DNA from: Promethearchaeum syntrophicum
Lineage (GTDB): Archaea > Asgardarchaeota > Lokiarchaeia > Sigyniarchaeales > Promethearchaeaceae
Assembly (NCBI RefSeq): GCF_008000775.2
Contig: NZ_CP042905.2
Span: forward strand, 2,760,001-2,792,000
Length of the DNA: 32,000 bases
Direction of reading: 5' to 3'
Below the pieces are notes generated by a model that ran no database searches, was not told the DNA's origin, and was given only the letters and a program-made list of their open reading frames with translations. The translations under genes were made by a program, and so were the position numbers. Numbering within the stretch: the first letter of the stretch is position 1; each line of letters starts with the position of its first letter. This document shows positions 18,487 to 26,700 of the stretch, one piece after another.

Positions 18487-18648
18487 TCAATTGTTTCGAT
18501 AATGATATTTGATATTGATTTCAGACTTTTTTCCCCAGCGTAAAAAGGCATTCAAATTTTCAGGATCGGCTTTATCACATTTATTATAGACTGAATAAAT
18601 CAATTCTTTTAATAGATCTAGTATATTATTCTTTTTTTCTATTCTCAT
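18487..18648 (-). CDS. Small hypothetical protein (MRIEKKNNILDLLKELIYSVYNKCDKADPENLNAFLRWGKKSEINIKYHYRNN)
   Basis: SD-like AAGGTGT immediately upstream of the ATG at 18648. Internal to the track ORF starting at 18708. Confidence 0.5.
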   Translation of the reverse strand: MRIEKKNNILDLLKELIYSVYNKCDKADPENLNAFLRWGKKSEINIKYHYRNN

Positions 18649-19181
18649 GATATACACCTTGATGTACTGGTTATTACCTATGAGATTAAGTCTATCATGA
18701 TTTACCATAAGTTTCTAATTAACATCAGAAACTGACCTAATCTAACATATATGTAAATTTGAGATATATAAATTTTATGTTAATTTCAAATCAGGTTAGT
18801 TTCGTTAAAGATTAATAAAAAGTTCAGATAAAAATTTAAATTCAATAATTTTAAAGAATTAAATAAATTCTGTTAAAAAATTATTCTGAAAACCAAAAGA
18901 TTGCCCAATTATTATTGGAAAAGAAAATTATTAAGCCTTCTTCAAAGTATATTTTGGTTGATCCAACATTCTGCCTGGTGTGCGAGGTTCAAAATTTGAA
19001 TTCAATTGAATGCTACTGAAATTGCTTTTATTTTATTAACATCTTTTTTTCCTTATCTCGTCAACTCCTTATGTAATTATTCTTTAGGAGAAAATCTAAA
19101 TCACTAAACTAAAATCAATGAAATTAGGCAATCTATGATTAAATCGAAAAAAAAAAGAAATCGAAAAAAGGAGTACGCGGG

Positions 19182-20147
19182 TTACTTATTTCTTATTTTC
19201 ATCAACCTAGTATTGAAAGCTGCTTGGGATTCTGTTAAAATCATAATACCTTCAATTAATCCAAGTAAACCGGGAATGAAAGTCCAAGATAGGCAAAAAT
19301 AGACAATTCCTAAGGTTGTATCTCCCATATAAAATTTATGGACACCTAAATCACCAAATAATAGTGCCAATAATCCAGATACATTTTGTTGTGGATCGGA
19401 AGATTGAAGGGGGTTTGTTGAAGGTGTGGTAGGAGAATAATTAGGAGGAATTATTGTATTTTGAGAAGAGATATCTTGTTGTTGATGAGATTCTGGAGGA
19501 TTTTGAACTGCATCCTTCCCGATAAGCAACTCCCATTTTATCTCATCGAATCGACCGATTATGTATCCATCATGAATTTTCTTCAGAATGATTTTCTTGG
19601 CTTTTAATGGAGCAATATTACATGATATAGCCAGATTATTAATCTGAATTACTTTTTCGGTTTGTATTAATTCCATTAATTTTTTATCAAAGCAAGATTT
19701 CTTTCCAAATGCCATTGTCTTAATTTCTTCATTATTTAGTTTAAATAGCGAATGATAGGTTTTATACCAATAAAAGTATATTATAAAGGTTGGTAAGAAG
19801 GGTAGAACCCCAAACGCAATTATTCCTGCCCAAAAATTAATTCCTGAGCAATAATCTATTATTTTTATAATATCCCAAATAAAAACTGCTGGAAAAAAGA
19901 TTCGTAGAATTATTTTGATCTGGTTAATGATTATTTTTGATACACCTTTTGTTGTTAGAACTAGATTTAAAATAATGAGGTATGTAATCAAAATAATATA
20001 TAATGAATAACTGGGAGGAGGAGTAGGAGAAAGAACATAAATAAATTTAAACAGAATTATAAAGACGATATTTATAAAAAAAAATACAATAATCGACTTT
20101 TTCGGGATTATTATAGAAGAGGGTGATATATTTTTTTTTGTGGACAT
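19182..20147 (-). CDS. TM2-domain membrane protein with central winged-helix-like segment
   Basis: C-terminal NVSGLLALLFGDLGVHKFYMGDTTLGIVYFCLSWTFIPGLLGLIEGIMIL (TM2). N-terminal TM helices. Central LMELIQTEKVIQINNLAISCNIAPLKAKKIILKKIHDGYIIG. Confidence 0.88.
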   Translation of the reverse strand: MSTKKNISPSSIIIPKKSIIVFFFINIVFIILFKFIYVLSPTPPPSYSLYIILITYLIILNLVLTTKGVSKIIINQIKIILRIFFPAVFIWDIIKIIDYCSGINFWAGIIAFGVLPFLPTFIIYFYWYKTYHSLFKLNNEEIKTMAFGKKSCFDKKLMELIQTEKVIQINNLAISCNIAPLKAKKIILKKIHDGYIIGRFDEIKWELLIGKDAVQNPPESHQQQDISSQNTIIPPNYSPTTPSTNPLQSSDPQQNVSGLLALLFGDLGVHKFYMGDTTLGIVYFCLSWTFIPGLLGLIEGIMILTESQAAFNTRLMKIRNK

Positions 20148-20299
20148 TATTATGCACTTTTTAATCAATAATATTAGCTAATAATTCACTTTAATGTATT
20201 TAATATTTATTCAATTTGATTTTTGAAGTCTTCATATTCCAGATTTGTAATTTTGATGATATTTTTCACAGATTATGACTTCTTTAGTAAATTATTGAA

Positions 20300-20791
20300 T
20301 TAGGAATCTTTCCCCCGAGTTATTTGTCTGTAAAAGCGAATTGATAATACCATCACTAAGACCAAACTGAGAATTGCTAAAATCAGCCCAAAATTCCATA
20401 GCCCAAGCAATATTATCACACCCTCAGATATTAAAGTGTTACCAATCAAGAAAATCAAGAAAAAGACACTGGGAACGAATTTATTACCAATAATATAATG
20501 ATTCATTACTACCTTGAGTGGAACTTGGCGAATTTCAGCATATTTCTGATGAATTCGATATTTACTTCCTTGCAATTTTTCAATTGCGCCTTTTTCCAGC
20601 AATTTTTGGATATGCCAATGCGTACTCCCGACACTTGTAAAATCAACCCCCCGTTTTATTTCACGGACTCCGACAGGTGTTTTTTGGGTGCGTAAAAAAA
20701 GAAAAATTCTGGTCACTTGTTCATTTACCAGAATTTGACTTAAAGCGGAGCTAATTTCTCCATCATGGGCCACGTACTCGGATTGTGCCAT
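20300..20791 (-). CDS. Winged-helix regulator with two C-terminal TM helices
   Basis: ILVNEQVTRIFLFLRTQKTPVGVREIKRGVDFTSVGSTHWHIQKLLEKGAIEKL followed by two hydrophobic segments. Confidence 0.65.
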   Translation of the reverse strand: MAQSEYVAHDGEISSALSQILVNEQVTRIFLFLRTQKTPVGVREIKRGVDFTSVGSTHWHIQKLLEKGAIEKLQGSKYRIHQKYAEIRQVPLKVVMNHYIIGNKFVPSVFFLIFLIGNTLISEGVIILLGLWNFGLILAILSLVLVMVLSIRFYRQITRGKDS

Positions 20792-20812
20792 TATCCATCA
20801 CATCATAATTGA

Positions 20813-21346
20813 TTAGAAAATCCCCAAGAATTTGGTAATTAAAACATTATCCCGAGCAGATGACGTAGTATCTCGTTCATCAAAGTTCATGGCACGTGCT
20901 TCAAGCCCAATCATATATGAATCAGGAATAAAATTATCTGCGGAATTACGAATGCTAATGGTATCTCCAGAGATTTCTACATAAGAGCCATAATTATATT
21001 CCCGTTCTGCTTCCACATCGATATCGACATAATAGACATGTGCGCCTTCATTGGCAGCAGATTTAGCCACAATAAAGAGTTGGTAGGTCGCGTTGGTTTC
21101 ACTAATAATTCCATCAACGATAAGATAAAGTATTAATTGGTCGTCTTCAAGATACGAGCCATATTCGATGATATCGATATTTGGATCTAAGGCGTCTCCA
21201 GATTCATCATATAGCTGATGAGTATAGTTATGTTGTGGAACCATCACAAATGCAGGGTTGATTGCATAGCTTGTCCCGATTGCGGCGGAGAATATCAAAG
21301 TCGAAACGATGATACTTTTCAAATAGGTCAATGAAATGGAGTTCAT
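20813..21346 (-). CDS. Predicted secreted protein of unknown function
   Basis: N-terminal signal-like SIIVSTLIFSAAIGTSYA followed by a hydrophilic beta-rich sequence. Confidence 0.6.
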   Translation of the reverse strand: MNSISLTYLKSIIVSTLIFSAAIGTSYAINPAFVMVPQHNYTHQLYDESGDALDPNIDIIEYGSYLEDDQLILYLIVDGIISETNATYQLFIVAKSAANEGAHVYYVDIDVEAEREYNYGSYVEISGDTISIRNSADNFIPDSYMIGLEARAMNFDERDTTSSARDNVLITKFLGIF

Positions 21347-21677
21347 TAAAAATGAAGAGTCATGTTTTCTATATAAATGTATACTCTAAACAGGTCCGTC
21401 TAGAGTCTGAACATACAATCGAATAATGTAGATTAACAATGAATTTGATAACCGCTTATAAAATTTAGAAAAGCTGCAAAAAAGTTGAAAAAATTGGAGA
21501 GATTAAAAATTTAAAAGTATCAAAAAAAAAAATGAAATAAAATCGCGTTCAATCCTGTCATTTACGAAAAAATCGAGCAGTGAAGAAATTAAAATGGAGA
21601 TCTGCACGTTTATTTAAACATAAATTATTGAGAACAAAAAACGAAGCTCTTTTTAACAAAATTGATAAATACTACCT

Positions 21678-22637
21678 ATGAATAAAAAGCCAAGTGATGA
21701 ACAGTGGTTGTTAAATCCAAAGGGAATTCGATCGATAACAGTTAAAGACGACATTCTTGTATCGGGAAGTGAAGCTGGAGAGATAATGATATGGCCTTGG
21801 CCTTTAAAACCATCATCTTCGCGTAAACAAAAAGTATCCTTTGATTTTGGACGCCGTACGTTTGGAAAACCGAAACAGCAGAAGACTGTGAAATGTTTGG
21901 TACCGCAAATGCGCGCGAGTTATATTGTCACCCAGAATGGAGAAGAATTTATTAATGCCATAGATATCGCAGGGGATAAAATTGCGGTAGCGTCGGGTGA
22001 TTATATGGCGCGAATTTATAATAAATCTTCTAATGAGTTAGTAGCGGATTTTTGGACAATGAAACCAATGCATTCGGTGGCCATTTCTGACAAATATTGT
22101 GCCTATTCTTCCCGAGAGGGGAGTGGAATTGTCACATTACCAACTATGGAGGTAATTGATGAATCTCATGATTTTTACGGGAAATATTACTTACGGAATT
22201 TGGCGATCAAAAATGAGTGGGTTATTGGCGGATCGTATGAGGGGATAACAGTTTTTGATATCAAAAGTGGGGAGTTGGTCTATAACCTGACCACGGGGAT
22301 AGAAGAAAGCGAACAAAGATCTTTTGTGCAAAAGTTTTCAATTAATGGAGATTATATTGTTGGAAATGGAACCCAAAATCAAATTTTCATCTGGGATTTA
22401 AATACAGGAGATCAAGTTACGAAATTTCCAGGTCCTCCGATTCATATCTCTTCAGTGATAATGGGAGGAGATCTAGTAGCAGCAGCTAATATCGATGGAA
22501 AGGTGTTTGTCTGGGATTTAAAAACTGGAGAAAAAATTGCTGAATTAGAATCGACTTTAGGATTTTGTAATGATTTGTTGATACATACGGGGAAATTGGG
22601 ACTGGCGAGTTCAATTTTGGAAATCTGGAATTTATAA
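21678..22637 (+). CDS. WD40-like beta-propeller protein, copy 1
   Basis: Repeated blade-like segments (ITVKDDILVSGSEAGEIMIWPW, KIAVASGDYMARIYN, GDLVAAANIDGKVFVWDLKTGEKIAEL). Confidence 0.8.
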   Translation: MNKKPSDEQWLLNPKGIRSITVKDDILVSGSEAGEIMIWPWPLKPSSSRKQKVSFDFGRRTFGKPKQQKTVKCLVPQMRASYIVTQNGEEFINAIDIAGDKIAVASGDYMARIYNKSSNELVADFWTMKPMHSVAISDKYCAYSSREGSGIVTLPTMEVIDESHDFYGKYYLRNLAIKNEWVIGGSYEGITVFDIKSGELVYNLTTGIEESEQRSFVQKFSINGDYIVGNGTQNQIFIWDLNTGDQVTKFPGPPIHISSVIMGGDLVAAANIDGKVFVWDLKTGEKIAELESTLGFCNDLLIHTGKLGLASSILEIWNL

Positions 22638-22772
22638 GTTGCCTTTTAAATAATCTATAAAAAACTGAGAAAAGGTGAATCAAATATTGGCATTGATAGT
22701 AAAAAAAAAAAATCCCAAAAGTATAAAGTAAAAAAATAAAGCCTTTTTTAAAAGTTGAACAAAATAATTACT

Positions 22773-23738
22773 ATGAAAAAAAAGACAAGTGATGAACAAT
22801 GGTTATTAAATCCCAAGGGAATTATGTCAATTGCAGCAAAAAATGACATTCTTGCCTCAGGGAGTGGAGTTGGACATATGATGACATGGTTTTGGCCTTT
22901 AATACCACGAACTTCACGGAAACAGAAAGGAATTTTTGAATATGGGCGTCGAACATACGGAGCCCCGCAACAAACTAAGACCATTGATTGCCAATTACCT
23001 CGAATGCGCAATAGTTATATTGTAACCGAAGAACAAGAAGAATTTATCAATGCTATTGATATTGCAGGAGATAAAATTGCAGTTGCTTCTGGGGATTATA
23101 TGGCACGGATTTTTAATTCCACAACAGGAGAAAAAGTTACAGATTTCTGGGCGATGAAACCGATGCATTCAGTCGCAATTTCCGATAAATATTGTGCTTA
23201 TTCTTCACGAGATGGGTGCGGGATAGTAGCAATACCATCTATGGATGTGATTGAAAGTGATCAAGATTTTTATGGAAAGTATTATCTGAGAAATTTAGCA
23301 ATTAAAGATGAATGGTTAATCGGTGGATCCTTTGGAGGAATAACAGTTTTTAATATAAAAAATGGGGATTTGATATATGATCTTAAAACTGGATTGGATC
23401 AAAGAGGAATGGGATCTAATCAACAGAATCTAGCTGTAAATGGAGATTTTATTGTAGGAAATGGCTTTCAAAATCAAATTTGTGCTTGGAATCTAAAAAA
23501 TGGAGAACAAATAGGTAAATTTCAAGGTCCTCCTGGTTATTTAGATGCGGTAGCTATTGAGAATGAAATAGTTGCTGCAGCTAATCTTGATGGAGCGGTG
23601 TTTGTGTGGAACTTAAACTCTGGAGAAAAAATTGCTGAACTGGAATCTTCATTGGGATATTGCAATAGATTGCTTATAGACAAAGGGAAAGTAGGAGTGG
23701 CGAGTTTTATATTAGAAATTTGGAATTTTGATAAGTAG
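22773..23738 (+). CDS. WD40-like beta-propeller protein, copy 2 (tandem paralog)
   Basis: Same architecture as 21678-22637, with shared SDEQWLLNPKG, EEFINAIDIAGDKIAVASGDYMARI, MHSVAISDKYCAYSSR. The track start 22755 is a TTG; ATG 22773 gives MKKKTSDEQW, matching copy 1. Confidence 0.8.
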   Translation: MKKKTSDEQWLLNPKGIMSIAAKNDILASGSGVGHMMTWFWPLIPRTSRKQKGIFEYGRRTYGAPQQTKTIDCQLPRMRNSYIVTEEQEEFINAIDIAGDKIAVASGDYMARIFNSTTGEKVTDFWAMKPMHSVAISDKYCAYSSRDGCGIVAIPSMDVIESDQDFYGKYYLRNLAIKDEWLIGGSFGGITVFNIKNGDLIYDLKTGLDQRGMGSNQQNLAVNGDFIVGNGFQNQICAWNLKNGEQIGKFQGPPGYLDAVAIENEIVAAANLDGAVFVWNLNSGEKIAELESSLGYCNRLLIDKGKVGVASFILEIWNFDK

Positions 23739-23779
23739 GATTAAAAAAAAAATATCTAAATAAACCTCAAAAAAAAAAT

Positions 23780-26700
23780 CTAGGATCTTCTTATTTTTTC
23801 TTCTATAATTTTCTCCAAGTGATCAAAAGTGGCAGGGGAGAAGTTAGGAGATGGTTTAAATAGAGAGTATTCTTTAACAATATTCGGATCAGAGCATTTA
23901 AAATATTTAACATTCGTTCCGAAAATGGATTTTACAATAAATTCCGCAATATAAATTGGAGATTCTTTTGATGGAATGACTACTAAAACCATGAGATCAT
24001 CCCTTCTTTTCCCTTTAAAAATCCAAAGAATTTCTGAATTAGCTCTAAAAAAATTCCATATCTTCTCTAAATCACTATATCTTCCGAGTTCATAATTCCA
24101 AAGATATCCCATAAGAATTTCATAAAGTTGAGTAAAAATGGATACTTCAAGATCATTTCTGTTCATTTCTGCAATGTTTGGATTAAAATAAACAAGTTTA
24201 TCAAAATTAGATTTTTTGTTGAATAGAAAAATTGGAAGTTTAAAGATTTCCATCATTTTTATTGGATGATTATAGAGTTTCTGCCAATCAGATCCATCTA
24301 TAAAAATAGATAACGAATTTTGCTTATTCGTAGTCACTTGATCTATACATTTTTTTATTGTTTGCTTATTTTCTAGTGAAAATACTAGTTCTTGATTAAG
24401 TGTATCAAGAATTTTTACAAATTTTTGTTCTTGGGTAAATTCTGATGGAAAATGTTCTGTTTTCGATGGAATTGTTGATATATCATTCAAAACTCTCAAG
24501 TGATGTTTATTACGTAATAAATTTTTAAATTTTTCAATTTCTAGTTCAAAAACATGTTCAATTTCTTCAAAGGGACATCCATATTTATTGGATTCTACAA
24601 AAATTTGTTGTGCATCTAAATTCCATGGATTTCCATATATATATAAACTATATAGCTTATTTAATTCACTTAAACAATTGGGTAATATTTGAAATTTATT
24701 ATTACCAATGTTTAAAGTCAATAAATTCTGGAGATTTGCAAAAGAGTCGGGTAAAGCAGATAAATCATTAGAATATAAGTCCATTTTGCGAAGATCTTTC
24801 AGATTTTGGATCTCTTTTGGAATTTTCTTTATATTTATCTCTGTAAGTGTCAAGTTTTGTAGATAGGGAAAATTTAAAATTTGCTTTGGAAAATCACCAA
24901 TTAATTTCTTATTTATTGTTATAGAAGTTACGTGATTGTTTTTGGTTGTAAAGTAAAAATCATCAGAATCACCATAATCATCTGGGTCTAAGAAGTGGAT
25001 ATCTTCACCAACTTTTTTTGATAATTGGATTAATTCCCGTTTTTCATCACTTGAAATTCTCGCCCCTTGATAAATATAGGAAGAATTTTTTTCTAATTCG
25101 GAATAATTGGGATTTTTTCCATAGTGAATATAATTTAAGGCATCTAGATCATCAATATAACCGGGAAGGGAATCCAGAGAAAGAGAAGGGAAATATAATG
25201 AAGAAATTCGTCCGAAATTAGAACTAACACACTCGTCAGGTAAACCACCTAAATCTGATTCTAATTTGCGCAATATTTGGACATCTTTTGAAAAAAGACG
25301 CATTCCTTGAAAAAATTGGTTCTTCAGTGATTCTGAGAGACACTGTTTTTCATTAATTTCTAATCGCACTAAATTAGGCATATTCAATAGAGACTCAGGT
25401 AAAGAGAGAAGGGGATTTTCCCATAATTCAAGAACAGCAAGTGATTGAAGATGGTCAATACAGGATGGTATTGATGATATTTTATTTGAACTTAAATTTA
25501 ATGTTCTTAATTCTTTCAATTTTTGAATATGTTCAGGGATTTCCGTAAGGGAATTTTTAGAAAGATCTAAATCATGTAAGTTAGGAAATTTGAAAATCAT
25601 TTCGGGAATAGTTTCTAGATTTAAATTTGATAATTTGAGTCTTTCAACACGATTATCTCTGATTTCTGCAAAATCATGAAATTTTTTAATTTCTAATCCC
25701 AAAGATTCAGATAAAAGCTTCAAATTTTGATATTCATCCTTTTTCTCAAACTCATATAACCCTTTTAACCATAGATAAATACGTTGTGGTTCAGTTGCTT
25801 CGAGTTGTTGGTAATCTAATCCTCGAATTGGATTAGATTTAAGGCTCAAAAAACTTAGATCGGCAAAATTAAAAAGATATTCAGGTAAAATTTCGAATTT
25901 ATTGTAATCTAAATTAATATTAATTAATTTTCTTAATTTCTGAAAAGACGCGGGAAATTCAGTTAAATTATTACTTGTTAGGTCAATTTTTTGAAGATTA
26001 GAAAAGTTACCGATAGAATCCGGAAGGGTAGTCAATTTTTTCCCACATATAGCAAGTTCAATAACATGCCCATCTCTTAATGTGAAGTGAAAAGGATGAT
26101 ATGTACTAGAGCGCATTCCTGAAAAAGGATTATTAGAACTAATTGCAGGAATTTCTTCTCCAAATAAATCTTCGAGATCAAGTAAAGCATCAACTTCTGG
26201 TGCGAATAATTTTAGATCGTAGTAGAATTTCATTTTTTGAACTGTTTTTTTTTGATTAATCAATTCTTCATGATCCAGTATCTTTGAAATATAACCTAAG
26301 TGTGCTTCAGCCAGATAGATTTTAGAATCGATAGATATTACTTTCTCAAAATTTGATTTAGAGGCTTTAAAATCATTTAAAATAAAATAATTAATTCCTA
26401 AATAATAATATGAAATCCAATTTTTGGGATTTAATGAAATACTTTTATTAAATGCCAGAATGCTTTTTCTATATTGAAATTGGTAGATATAATATTTTCC
26501 CTTTATTAATGATAAGGTTGCTTGAAATGTATTATAAAATTCATTTTCAATTTTTTGAGTAATAAAGGAGTCTTGATTATTCTTTTCTATTTTCTCAATT
26601 ATATTCAATGCTCTTTGAAATTGATTAAGATTTAGATAGGTTTCAGCAGAAATTAATAGAATAATTAAATCATTTGGATTTTCTTGAAGAACTTGATCAA

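Noticed and set aside
22486-23011. Minus-strand ORFs 22486-22683 and 22748-23011
   Set aside because: Antisense to the WD40-like paralogs and their spacer; no recognisable domains.
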